Source: an uncultured Gammaproteobacteria bacterium
GTDB taxonomy: Bacteria; Patescibacteriota; Patescibacteriia; XYB2-FULL-38-15
Direction: 5' to 3'
Assembly: GCA_965231095.1 (NCBI GenBank)
Contig: OZ246416.1
Location: 805,595-869,594, forward strand
DNA length: 64,000 bases
The position numbers and the translations under genes were made by a program. The notes under the pieces were generated by a model. The model searched no databases. It was not told where the DNA came from and was given only the letters and a program-made list of their open reading frames with translations. This document shows positions 1 through 8,515 of this stretch, one piece after another. How positions within the stretch are numbered: position 1 is the stretch's first letter; the number at the start of each line of letters is the position of its first letter.

Positions 1-817
1 TTGGCAAGCAAGAAACGCGGACGTCAATTTTTCCATCTTTAACAAAAATCGTGAAACGTCCGTCTTGGGGAATATTTGTGACGTTGATTTTTAAACCGGA
101 AAGGAGTTTTATTCTGGAAATTACTTTTGACCATTGTTCTTTTGGGAGAGTAGCGGCGTCAACCAAAACGCCGTCAACGCGGAAACGAATTTTTATGTCT
201 TTTTCTTCGGCTTCAATATGGATATCGGAGGAGCGCGCCGAAATTGAAGCGGCAATAACCATGGTGACGACGTCGGTGATATTGGCTTTTTGAATTTTAT
301 CGTTTAAATCTTTGAAATTTTTTAATTCCTCGGAAAATTTCTCCAAATCCGCTTCGGAAATTTCCACGCCGCTCACGATTTTTTTAATGGTGGGCAACGA
401 GGCGTAGAGTTTGAAAGCTAAATCAAAGCTGTGCCCTGAAATCAGATAAACTTCTCCGTGGCCGTGGAATTTGTCTTCAAGAGAAAGTAAAATTTCTTTG
501 ATTTGTTCGTCGGATGGATTTACCGCGCCGATTCTGAGTTCCGTTCCGGTATTTAGAAAACAAATAATTTTTAGTTTTTCCGCGATTTCTTTGGGAAGGG
601 AAGTCAGGGTTTCCGGGCTAATGGGAAAACCCTTTAAATTAATATAGGGAAAATTTAACTCCGCCGCCCGTGATTGGGCGATTTTTTCTTTTTCTTTAAG
701 GGCGATCTCCGTCATCTTTTCTTCAAACTTTTCTTCTGCTCCATTCGCGGCAGGACTTGGCGCGCCAGAATGGTCGCCGTATTGTTTTAGGAGGTCGTCA
801 ATTGAGGGATTGGACAT
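1..817 (-). CDS. pilB: Type IV pilus assembly / type II secretion ATPase, GspE/PilB family (N-terminal ~272 aa; 3' end lies beyond the window)
   Basis: Not in the ORF track because there is no stop in the window. Minus-strand translation from ATG (complement of 815-817) reads MSNPSIDDLLKQYGDHSG... and stays open to position 1. It contains the hallmark GspE/PilB segment ...SDIHIEAEEKDIKIRFRVDGVL...ISRIKLLSGLKI...PQDGRF. Confidence 0.75.
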   Translation of the reverse strand, partial: MSNPSIDDLLKQYGDHSGAPSPAANGAEEKFEEKMTEIALKEKEKIAQSRAAELNFPYINLKGFPISPETLTSLPKEIAEKLKIICFLNTGTELRIGAVNPSDEQIKEILLSLEDKFHGHGEVYLISGHSFDLAFKLYASLPTIKKIVSGVEISEADLEKFSEELKNFKDLNDKIQKANITDVVTMVIAASISARSSDIHIEAEEKDIKIRFRVDGVLVDAATLPKEQWSKVISRIKLLSGLKINVTNIPQDGRFTIFVKDGKIDVRVSCLP

Positions 818-833
818 GGTGAAGTTATATTTT

Positions 834-1856
834 TTATTTTCCGATGCCGACAAATCTTAATAATTTGCTCCAGATTTTTTTCTTGTTTATTTCTATGAAG
901 AGAAGCGACCAGGAAGAAAATTGGAAGGTGGAGAGAATGGCGCCGGCAAAGAAGATGGCAAGGAACCAGCCGAGGGTGGCGAGAAAAGCGATGAGCCAGA
1001 AACCAATCGTGAGTTCCAAATAAGAAAAAGCGAAAAGGAGCAGGGCGACGGGGATCATGTAGAGAAGGGTGAATAAAGTTATGCCGATGCCCGCGCCGAT
1101 GGTAATCGCAAAAAGCAGAAGCGCCATTTCAATTGAAATCAGCCAGTTTTTAATAAACATTTTCCAGCTTAGCCGGATTGACTCAATAAATGATTTCCCT
1201 TCCATCACCACAAAACATGTCGCGTAAACAGCCATGAAAGAAACGAAAAGGGCGAGAGAAGTGAAAACAACAAAAGCCAAAATATAAAGGAATAAATTTA
1301 AGCCGACATTTACGTTCCCGCCGGTTAAAAAGATCATAGCGGGTACGGTGATTAAAACCAGAAGTCCAAAAGTCAAAGCTTTAGCAAGAAGATTCAGGCT
1401 AAGCACTGGCCAAAAATATTTTTTCCCGTCAGTCCAACCGTCGCGAAGGCCGGTTTTCTTTTTACTCGCGATTTTTTTTACGGAAGAAATAAGGGCGCCG
1501 CGAGAACTGACAATAACCCAAATTAAAAATGCCAGAGCGGCCAAGATTACAAAAAATAGAACCCAGAGCAAACTGACAAAAAGCGGGGAGCGGACATAAA
1601 TGTCTTCAAGTCGGGGAAAAGATAAAAATTCCGTAAACCACGCCCATTTTGAAACGAGGAGAGTCGCTTCGCCTTCGGAGACGATGCGGCCAAATCCTTT
1701 GACTAAAATTTCATAGATTCCGCCGTTTCCCGCCAAGGCCGCGAAAAGTCCGAAAACCCAAAGGAAGCGGTTTTGTTTTGTAATTTCCCAGGCCTTTTTA
1801 AAGATAGGCCGATAAACTTGACTTGGTTTTTTAAACATATTTCCCCCTGTGAACAC
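834..1856 (-). CDS. polytopic integral membrane protein, function unknown
   Basis: 340-aa ORF with at least 7 long hydrophobic segments. Same strand and tightly packed between ftsH and pilB. Confidence 0.5.
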   Translation of the reverse strand: MFTGGNMFKKPSQVYRPIFKKAWEITKQNRFLWVFGLFAALAGNGGIYEILVKGFGRIVSEGEATLLVSKWAWFTEFLSFPRLEDIYVRSPLFVSLLWVLFFVILAALAFLIWVIVSSRGALISSVKKIASKKKTGLRDGWTDGKKYFWPVLSLNLLAKALTFGLLVLITVPAMIFLTGGNVNVGLNLFLYILAFVVFTSLALFVSFMAVYATCFVVMEGKSFIESIRLSWKMFIKNWLISIEMALLLFAITIGAGIGITLFTLLYMIPVALLLFAFSYLELTIGFWLIAFLATLGWFLAIFFAGAILSTFQFSSWSLLFIEINKKKIWSKLLRFVGIGK

Positions 1857-1871
1857 TTTTAAAGGTGTTCG

Positions 1872-3683
1872 TTATTTAAATATTGCCTCAAATGCTTCTT
1901 TTTCAATGGTTTCTTTTTCCAGCAAAATTTTCACAATTTCTTCAAGTTTGTCTTTTTTCTTTCTGATAATTTCCAGAGCTGTTTTTGCGGCGTCGGATAA
2001 AAGATGGCCGATTTCTTGATCAATGGTTTCCGCCACTTTTTCGCTGTAGTCGCGTTGTTCGTGAATTTCCCGGCCGAGGAAAATCATTTCTTCTTTTTCG
2101 CCAAAAGTTCTGGCACCCAATTTTTCACTCATGCCAAATTCAGTAATAAGCCGGCGGGCAAGCCGTGTGGCCACTCGCAGATCGTTTGAGGCTCCGGTTG
2201 TCACTTCGCCAAAAATTTCTTTTTCCACGGTATGGCCGGCGAGCATTACGGCCAGGTCGTCAATAAATTCCGAGCGGCTGTGCAAATGCTTGTCTTCAAT
2301 CGGAAGTTTTAAGGTATAGCCGGCGGCGCGACCGCGGGAAATAATGGAAACTTTATGAACCGGATCGGCATGCGGCAGTTCGTGGGCGGTGAGGGCGTGG
2401 GCCGCTTCGTGGTAAGCAGTGATATTTCTTTCTTTGTCGGAAAGAATATGGCTTTTGCGCTCGGGCCCAAGCAAAACTTTTTCCACGCTTTCCCGAAGTT
2501 CGTCCATCCCGATTTGAGTTTTGTTTCTTCTGGCTGTTAAGATGGCCGCTTCGTTTAAGAGGTTTGCAAGATCAGCGCCGGAAAATCCCGGAGTTCGTTC
2601 AGCGATTTTTCTAAGGTCAACGTCTGTGGTGATTGGTTTTCCCTTGGCGTGAATTTTTAAAATTGCTTCGCGGTCGTTCATGTCCGGTTCATCCAAAATT
2701 ACTCGCCGGTCAAATCTTCCGGGACGCAAAAGCGCCGGGTCCAAGACGTCTGGTCGGTTTGTGGCCGCTAAAATTATCACGCCGGAGTTGGCTTCAAAGC
2801 CATCCATCTCCACTAAAATTTGATTTAAAGTTTGTTCGCGTTCGTCGTGGCTACCGCCCAACCCCGTGCCGCGCTGGCGGCCGACAGCGTCGAGTTCATC
2901 AATAAAAATAATGCAGGGCGCGCTTTTTTTTGCTTTTTGGAAAAGATCACGAACGCGGGCGGCGCCGACTCCGACAAACATTTCCACAAATTCCGAACCG
3001 GAAATGCTAAAAAACGGAACATTGGCTTCGCCGGCCACGGCTCTGGCAAGTAAAGTTTTTCCCGTGCCCGGAGACCCCATCAATAAAACGCCTTTGGGAA
3101 TTTTCGCTCCGAGTTGGACAAATTTTTTTGAATTTTTTAAAAACTCCACCACTTCCCAAAGTTCTTCTTTGGCTTCCTTGACTCCGGCCACGTCTTTAAA
3201 AGTGACGCGGTTTTTGGAATTTTTTGGAGCTTCTCTCGCGCCCGATTGGCCAAAACTCATGGCCTTGGTGTTCGCGCCTTGGACTTGGCGCATCATATAA
3301 TAAATCAGGGCGATGACAACCACAAGCGGAAGAAGAAAGGGGAGAAGGGCGTTTAGCCAAAAACTCCAGCCGGATTCTTCAGTCACTTCAATTGCGATAT
3401 TTTTAATTTTTTCCGGATCAGCGTGGTAATTTTGAAAAAGTTCGCCCAAGGTTTCATTTGTTTCTTTACGCAGGGTTTCAAGCGTTCCGTCAAATTTCGT
3501 GATGTTTAATTTATCTCCTTCAATCGCGATTTTCTGGATGTCGCCGGCGTTAATTTGGTCCACAAATTTTTGCAGATCAATATTTTCCACTTTTTCCGCC
3601 GAGTAATTCAGAGCGCCAAAAATTCCGCTGATGGCGAGAAAGATAATTAAAAATATAATAAAATTTTTGATGAGGTTTTTCAT
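1872..3683 (-). CDS. ftsH: ATP-dependent zinc metalloprotease FtsH
   Basis: N-terminal TM segment, AAA+ Walker A ([18 protein letters not shown]), second region of homology, and HEAAHA zinc motif. Length 603 aa. Confidence 0.95.
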   Translation of the reverse strand: MKNLIKNFIIFLIIFLAISGIFGALNYSAEKVENIDLQKFVDQINAGDIQKIAIEGDKLNITKFDGTLETLRKETNETLGELFQNYHADPEKIKNIAIEVTEESGWSFWLNALLPFLLPLVVVIALIYYMMRQVQGANTKAMSFGQSGAREAPKNSKNRVTFKDVAGVKEAKEELWEVVEFLKNSKKFVQLGAKIPKGVLLMGSPGTGKTLLARAVAGEANVPFFSISGSEFVEMFVGVGAARVRDLFQKAKKSAPCIIFIDELDAVGRQRGTGLGGSHDEREQTLNQILVEMDGFEANSGVIILAATNRPDVLDPALLRPGRFDRRVILDEPDMNDREAILKIHAKGKPITTDVDLRKIAERTPGFSGADLANLLNEAAILTARRNKTQIGMDELRESVEKVLLGPERKSHILSDKERNITAYHEAAHALTAHELPHADPVHKVSIISRGRAAGYTLKLPIEDKHLHSRSEFIDDLAVMLAGHTVEKEIFGEVTTGASNDLRVATRLARRLITEFGMSEKLGARTFGEKEEMIFLGREIHEQRDYSEKVAETIDQEIGHLLSDAAKTALEIIRKKKDKLEEIVKILLEKETIEKEAFEAIFK

Positions 3684-3777
3684 AAAGTTGTTTTATAAAA
3701 TATAACATAATTTATAATTAATGACAAATTGTTTGTTCTGTTGTCATCCTTAATTTTAAAGCCACGAGTGGTCTTGA

Positions 3778-3826
3778 CCCGGGGATCTAGTAATCTGGAT
3801 TCCCGCTTTCGCGGGAATGACAAGCG
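3778..3826. repeat. conserved bipartite intergenic motif, copy A (cccggggatctagNaatctggatt ... ctttcgcgggaaNgacaagcg)
   Basis: Both halves recur at 17642-17712. The first half is an imperfect palindrome (GGGGATCTAG-taat-CTGGATTCCC). The second half contains the hairpin cccgc-tttc-gcggg. Confidence 0.6.
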
Positions 3827-3851
3827 TTGAGGGGGGGGGGTGATTGCGGGG

Positions 3852-3880
3852 TTGACGAGAAAATAAATATCTTGTAAATT
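3852..3880 (+). promoter_or_regulatory. candidate sigma70-type promoter (TTGACG-17-TAAATT) driving the GC-rich small-ORF cassette
   Basis: -35 TTGACG at 3852-3857, a 17-nt spacer, and -10 TAAATT at 3875-3880. About 100 nt upstream of the SD-led small ORF. Confidence 0.35.
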
Positions 3881-3983
3881 GTAAACGTTGGGTCCAACGC
3901 GGCCCACGTTCCGAGGACGGGGCATCGGCCCCAAGCACAGGCGGAGGCTTGCGCTTGCCGCCGCGCCGAGAAGGAGGTCCACG

Positions 3984-4073
3984 ATGAGAAGGAACTACCA
4001 GACCGGTCCGCCGTCGTTCGCCAAGGCGTTCGTGTTCGGCTGCGAGCTGCGGGATCGGTGCTTCCAGACCTAG
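3984..4073 (+). CDS. small hypothetical peptide (29 aa, MRRNYQTGPPSFAKAFVFGCELRDRCFQT) in a GC-rich island
   Basis: Consensus SD AAGGAGG ends 6 nt upstream of the ATG. GC-rich codons unlike the host. Embedded in a ~450-bp ~60% GC island between ftsH and rpsA. Confidence 0.3.
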   Translation: MRRNYQTGPPSFAKAFVFGCELRDRCFQT

Positions 4074-4342
4074 CTAGCGCAGGTCGGGAGCGACGTGCGA
4101 GCTAGCCAGTTCGTAGAACTCGCATTCCTTGAAGGTCAGTCTGTCAGGCTAGCAGAATGGCCAACGTTCCTTTCGCCCGAGGATGGGTGTCAGCCAAAAA
4201 CCGCCAGCGACCGGCAGTCGCGAATCAACTCCCAGGATGGGAACGACTGCCGCGGTTTTGACGCTTGTCCTCGGGCTCCTTTTTTTAATATTTTCTCAAA
4301 ATCAAAACGGACCTTTCGGCCCGTTTTTTTGTATATATTTTT

Positions 4343-5560
4343 TTATTCTTTTTTCTCTTCGGCTGGCGCTTCAACTTTTTCTGTTTCCGGTTTTGCTTCT
4401 TCCGCCGGCTTTTCTTCGGCAACTTTCTCTTCAACTTTTTCTTCCAATTTTTCCGGAGATTTTTCGCGCGCCGCGCGGAGGCTTAAACCCAGGCGATGGT
4501 CAACCGGTTCAATGGAAATAATTTTAAATTTCAGTGTGTCGCCGATTTTCGCCACTTCGTTTGGGCTCTGAATCGCTTTATTGGAAAGTTCGGAAATATG
4601 CGCCAGGCCATGAATTTCCGGATCAAGTTCCACAAATAAACCAAACGGATTTATTTTTAAAACTTTTCCTTCCACAACGTCGCCAACATTATATTTCTCG
4701 TTGATTTTTTTCCAAGGATCATCAATTAATTTTTTCATTGACAAGAAAATTTTTGATCCTTCCACGCCAATAATTTCCGCTTTTATTTCTTGGCCAGCCT
4801 TGACCACATCATCGGGATGATCAATTCTCTGCCAAGCAAGTTCGGAAATATGGACAAGTCCCTCTAGGTTATCAAATTTTACGAAGACACCGAAATCGGC
4901 TAGGGCAGAAACGGTGCCGGAAATTATATCGCCGACTTTGTAAGCGGAAATAATATTTTTCTGCTTTTCTTCCCAGGCCGCTTTTTCCGAAACAATTAAT
5001 TTTTCCTCTTCTTCGCCGACGTCAATGACTTTAACCTCAAGCGGAATTCCGACAAAAGTTTTTAGTTTTTCCAATATTTTATTTTTCTCGCCGCCCGGCA
5101 CGCGCGGATAATGTTCCGGCGCAAGTTGGGAAACCGGCAAGAAGCCAACAATTTTATTTACATTAATCATCAAGCCGCCTTTGTTCGCGTCCATCACGGT
5201 CGCGATAACAATTTCTCCGGATTTTTGAAGTTCAATAAGTTTGTCCCAGATTTTTTTATGTCCGGCAAAACGGAAAGACAATTCCATTTCCCCGCGTTCA
5301 TTTTCCATTTCCAAAACCGTGGCTTCGGTTTCGTCGCCCGGTTTTAATTCCGAATAATCGGCCGATTCATTACAGAGTTCCTGGCCGCGGACCACGCCGG
5401 TTCTAAACCCCGGAATGTCCAAAGTAACTTCGTTTTTGCTGATTGTCAAAACTGTCGCTTTAACGACATCTCCGACTTTGGGAATGGTAAAATTGCTTTC
5501 AGCCAGCAATTTTTCAAATTCTCCACTCTCGGTCTTTTTTGTTAGATTTGTTAGATCCAT
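4343..5560 (-). CDS. rpsA: 30S ribosomal protein S1 (four S1 domains)
   Basis: Repeated S1-domain signatures (GxV.G.V......GLFV.L..GIEGLVHISE). Acidic C-terminal tail. 405 aa. Confidence 0.85.
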   Translation of the reverse strand: MDLTNLTKKTESGEFEKLLAESNFTIPKVGDVVKATVLTISKNEVTLDIPGFRTGVVRGQELCNESADYSELKPGDETEATVLEMENERGEMELSFRFAGHKKIWDKLIELQKSGEIVIATVMDANKGGLMINVNKIVGFLPVSQLAPEHYPRVPGGEKNKILEKLKTFVGIPLEVKVIDVGEEEEKLIVSEKAAWEEKQKNIISAYKVGDIISGTVSALADFGVFVKFDNLEGLVHISELAWQRIDHPDDVVKAGQEIKAEIIGVEGSKIFLSMKKLIDDPWKKINEKYNVGDVVEGKVLKINPFGLFVELDPEIHGLAHISELSNKAIQSPNEVAKIGDTLKFKIISIEPVDHRLGLSLRAAREKSPEKLEEKVEEKVAEEKPAEEAKPETEKVEAPAEEKKE

Positions 5561-5697
5561 AGTTAATAATTAGTGAGATCGCCGGATGCTCCGGTGAATC
5601 CCAAAACTCCTTTCTTTAGTTAAGATGAAAGTATTGTACAACATCTTGAAATTTTTGGCAAGGGGTGATAAAATTGGATAAAGAATAAAGCGCGTGT

Positions 5698-6087
5698 ATG
5701 AATAATTTTTTGATTTTTTTAAAAAATATGAGTGGAAAAATTTTAGAAATGTTTAGAGGAAAAGATCCGTCCCGGCTCGAGGAGCAAGAAAAGGAAAAGG
5801 GGCCAACGGTGGTGGAAATTGTGCGCTACGTGGCCGGAGAGCCAGAGCCAATAATTTTTGTAAGGTGTGAGTTGGCTGGCGAAGAAGTTAGACTGACTGT
5901 AGTGGAAGACCAAAAGAGCCAAGAAGATCTCGCTGGGGCGCGAAATATTTTTAAGTCACTAGAAGAGATGGGTGTTTTTTCCGCAGTGGAGCAAAGAGAC
6001 ATCTACCCCAAAGACGGCCGGAAATTTTTGGAAGCGCTTTTACAAAATTACGACAATCCTTATTTACTAGCCAGGGTAACAAAATAA
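5698..6087 (+). CDS. hypothetical protein (129 aa), first gene of a 3-gene operon with the HipA/PI3K-like kinase
   Basis: ORF sits 11 nt upstream of the next gene. No recognised motif. Confidence 0.4.
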   Translation: MNNFLIFLKNMSGKILEMFRGKDPSRLEEQEKEKGPTVVEIVRYVAGEPEPIIFVRCELAGEEVRLTVVEDQKSQEDLAGARNIFKSLEEMGVFSAVEQRDIYPKDGRKFLEALLQNYDNPYLLARVTK

Positions 6088-6098
6088 AAAATAAATTT

Positions 6099-7394
6099 AT
6101 GAGAGGAGAACGAGCGCCAATTTTACCGCCAGTGCCGGAAGGGGTTGATTTGAGCGAAGAGAAAAAAAGAGAAGAAGAAAAGAAACTGGGGTTTGAGACA
6201 ACCCTTTTACATAACGTGGATAAAATTTTAGACAAAACTGTTTTAGATGTGAAAAGGACGAGTGGGGAAGCTCGGACGGAAAAAGAATCACGCAGGGAAA
6301 TTCCGGAGATTTTGCAGCGAGCCGACACTATAGACGCGGCTATGTTTGAGGTGAGATTGGAGGAGGCGATGAGTTTAGGGGGAGAGGAAGCAACTGATTC
6401 AACTAGGGTGGCGGGGATTCGCGGAGTTTTAAAGGAACTTAATGCTTGCCAGGAGATTAGAGAAGCAAAACCAAAAGATCCCGATCATCCTACAAAGAAT
6501 CTTGGCGACAAACTCGGTTTAACGCCAGAGCAAATAGAAGAAGGGCTAATTACTAATCGTTCGTTTATTTTGGATCTGGCTGAACGAGGGCAATCTTTGG
6601 AGACGGTTTATAAACCAAGCCGCGGCGAACCGGATTTTTTGGTGAGAGGAGGGATTGAGGAGCAGACAGGATATAGGAGAGAGTGGTTAGCTCGTAAAGT
6701 TTCCGAGGCGTTTGAATTGGGTATTGTTCCACCCACAGTTTTGAGAAAAGAAGGGGAAGGGATTGGTTCAGTGCAAAAGTGGGTTGAGGGGGCAAAAACT
6801 CCCGAGGAAGCGCCTGATCGAATAATGATGCAAGATGAATTAGTTAAATTGGCTCTTTTAGATTATTTAATTGGCAATCAGGATAGAGTGCATGGGCGCA
6901 ATCACTTGATTGGCAAAGCGGGAGAGGTTTACGCCATTGATAACAGTTTAAGTTTCAACGCCCCTCTTTATAACGAAGAGGGAGAAGAACGCGTGTCGGC
7001 TCTTCAGGTTGCCTCTCTGCCGTTGGAACAAATAAAAAATGTTGATGAGAATGTTCACACAAAAGTAGTGATGAAACACCTCCAAGTTTTTTGGAATTCG
7101 CCAGCCAGACAGAGAGTATTGAAAGAGGCGTTTAAATTCGCTTTGGGCGAAGACGCGGAAGATGTTTGGCGAGCTTTTTCATTGCGCGTCCAAGAAACTT
7201 TAGAAAAAGAAATGTTGCCGCTTGCTCATGAAGTCTCCCGTACAGAAGTTACCGCCACGCCCGAGGAATTGGCCAGAAATCCAAAAAGGTGGGGAGCTGA
7301 TTTAGTTAAAATGCAGGAAAGTCTAAGAGATGAAGCGACTGGTAAAATTTTTCGAAAAGCCAAGCTGTCCGCTGCGATTGAAGCCGCCGCTTAA
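6099..7394 (+). CDS. hypothetical protein with HipA / PI3-PI4-kinase-like atypical kinase catalytic motifs
   Basis: LLDYLIGNQDRVHGRNHLI matches the catalytic loop [LIV]IGNxDxHxxN of HipA_C and PI3/4-kinases. The downstream VYAIDNSLSF resembles the Mg-binding DFG / AYD segment. A candidate ATP-binding Lys lies in ETVYKPSRGE. The N-terminal ~150 aa are highly charged. Confidence 0.5.
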   Translation: MRGERAPILPPVPEGVDLSEEKKREEEKKLGFETTLLHNVDKILDKTVLDVKRTSGEARTEKESRREIPEILQRADTIDAAMFEVRLEEAMSLGGEEATDSTRVAGIRGVLKELNACQEIREAKPKDPDHPTKNLGDKLGLTPEQIEEGLITNRSFILDLAERGQSLETVYKPSRGEPDFLVRGGIEEQTGYRREWLARKVSEAFELGIVPPTVLRKEGEGIGSVQKWVEGAKTPEEAPDRIMMQDELVKLALLDYLIGNQDRVHGRNHLIGKAGEVYAIDNSLSFNAPLYNEEGEERVSALQVASLPLEQIKNVDENVHTKVVMKHLQVFWNSPARQRVLKEAFKFALGEDAEDVWRAFSLRVQETLEKEMLPLAHEVSRTEVTATPEELARNPKRWGADLVKMQESLRDEATGKIFRKAKLSAAIEAAA

Positions 7395-7405
7395 CAAAAT
7401 TTTTT

Positions 7406-7942
7406 ATGGCGCAAAAATTATCTGAATTTTTAAAAACTGCGAGCCGGACCTCTTATGTTAAAAGTTCGGTGAAGCAGGCTGTTTCAAAAATGGGGTTGAA
7501 TCCGGCGCGCCAAGTGAGTGAACGGCAGGCCAGAGAAGTTTTGGGTGAATTAAAAAAAGCCGGCGCGATTAAAACTTACCGCTCGTCCGAACAGATTGTC
7601 AGGGAAACGCAAAAATCATTGGCGGAAAGAAATAAACAAGACGACGCGCCAAAATTGACAGTAGAAGCTTTAAGAGAGCAGCGCAAGGCGGAAGAAGAGA
7701 AAAAAGAGAGAATGAGAAAAATGATGTCTAATATTTACGGCCAAGAACGAGCGCGCGAGGAAGAGAAAGAAAAAGGAGACGGGAAAGTAAAAAGAAATGT
7801 GGCGACTTCGGCCCTAAAACCGAAAGCCGCGCCGGGTCGGGCGGAAACAACAACCTCAATTTTGCGAAGTCAAAAAAATGCGGAGAAAAAAACCGCGCCG
7901 GAAGAAAAACCGCCGCAGGCGATTGATTTACAAATCGATTAG
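7406..7942 (+). CDS. hypothetical Lys/Glu-rich protein (178 aa), probably disordered
   Basis: 11-nt gap after the kinase-like gene. Low-complexity charged sequence. A bidirectional terminator follows at 8001-8031. Confidence 0.45.
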   Translation: MAQKLSEFLKTASRTSYVKSSVKQAVSKMGLNPARQVSERQAREVLGELKKAGAIKTYRSSEQIVRETQKSLAERNKQDDAPKLTVEALREQRKAEEEKKERMRKMMSNIYGQERAREEEKEKGDGKVKRNVATSALKPKAAPGRAETTTSILRSQKNAEKKTAPEEKPPQAIDLQID

Positions 7943-8000
7943 TTATAAAATTTTTTAAAATAAAAATTCGTCGGAAGGCGGATTTTTTTGTATATAAATA

Positions 8001-8031
8001 AAAAAACCGCGGGGTATGTAACCTCGCGGTG
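8001..8031. terminator. bidirectional rho-independent terminator
   Basis: A-tract, then hairpin accgcgggg-tatgtaac-ctcgcggt. On the minus strand it is followed by TTTTTTT. Serves the 8052-8354 minus-strand gene and the plus-strand operon ending at 7942. Confidence 0.7.
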
Positions 8032-8051
8032 CAAAAACTCTCCTTGCGCGG

Positions 8052-8354
8052 CTAGTATTCCTCGTCGTCTCCCTCTGGGACGTGCCTAGTCACAGCGTCG
8101 TCTGGCGATTGCTCTTCTTCGTCACTTTTGGACGCGGGTTTTCCGTGTCCCGGGCAGCCGCCCTTTTCGCCCGGACCTCGTTCGTCGTAGATGTCGTCTT
8201 CGTCGCCCTCCTCGCTGGCGCTGAAGCCTTCGTGCATGCCACAATAAGGATTAGTGCAGTCGTGGCTCCATGTGTGGCGGTCTTTCCAACGGTAGGTGCA
8301 GACGATTTGGCCCTTTCCACATTTCGGACAAACGGTTTTGTTCCCTTCGCTCAT
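8052..8354 (-). CDS. GC-rich small zinc-ribbon-like protein with acidic C-terminal tail (100 aa)
   Basis: SD AGGAGGG upstream of the ATG, with its own terminator. N-terminal region has CPKCG...C...C..C....C. C-terminus is DEEEQSPDDAVTRHVPEGDDEEY. GC and codon usage are unlike neighbouring genes. Confidence 0.5.
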   Translation of the reverse strand: MSEGNKTVCPKCGKGQIVCTYRWKDRHTWSHDCTNPYCGMHEGFSASEEGDEDDIYDERGPGEKGGCPGHGKPASKSDEEEQSPDDAVTRHVPEGDDEEY

Positions 8355-8515
8355 TATACCCTCCTGGCTTTTTCCGTGGTGAGTTGTTAACTGATCGGGT
8401 TTTTAAGTTTAATCAAGGATAGAAAAAATGTCAAAATGGGGTTTGCTTTTTTTATAATTTATGTTATAATCTTAAAAGACTTAAGCGCGAAATTTTTTGT
8501 TTTTAATTTGAAATT

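Noticed and set aside
1348-3300. Multiple 60-144-aa ORFs on the strand opposite ftsH and the membrane protein (for example 1348-1599, 2004-2189, 2866-3300).
   Set aside because: They are entirely contained antisense within confidently assigned genes, with no independent signals.
3831-4335. The GC-rich island between ftsH and rpsA as a tmRNA. The 5' end GGGGGUGAUUGCGGGGUUGACGAG resembles the tmRNA start GGGGcUGAUUcuGGaUUcGACGgg.
   Set aside because: No T-arm or acceptor 3' end (GGUUCGAxUCC...CCA) at the far end. No in-frame tag ORF ending in a hydrophobic ALAA-like tail. UUGAC replaces the conserved UUCGAC. So it cannot be called tmRNA from sequence alone.
3760-4335. The same island as RNase P RNA or SRP RNA, given GC enrichment in an AT-rich genome.
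   Set aside because: No P4 consensus (AGGAAAGUCCGGGCUCC / ACAGAACCCGGCUUA) on either strand. No SRP domain IV GGAA-tetraloop motif (GUCAGGUCCGGAAGGAAGCAGC). Only weak partial resemblance in cgggaaggacaagcgg at the second locus.
4095-4571. 158-aa plus-strand ORF starting in the GC island and running antisense through the rpsA 3' end. Also the nested 4183-4521 ORF.
   Set aside because: Most of its length is antisense to a confidently identified S1 gene. Low-complexity Ser/Phe-rich translation. No RBS.
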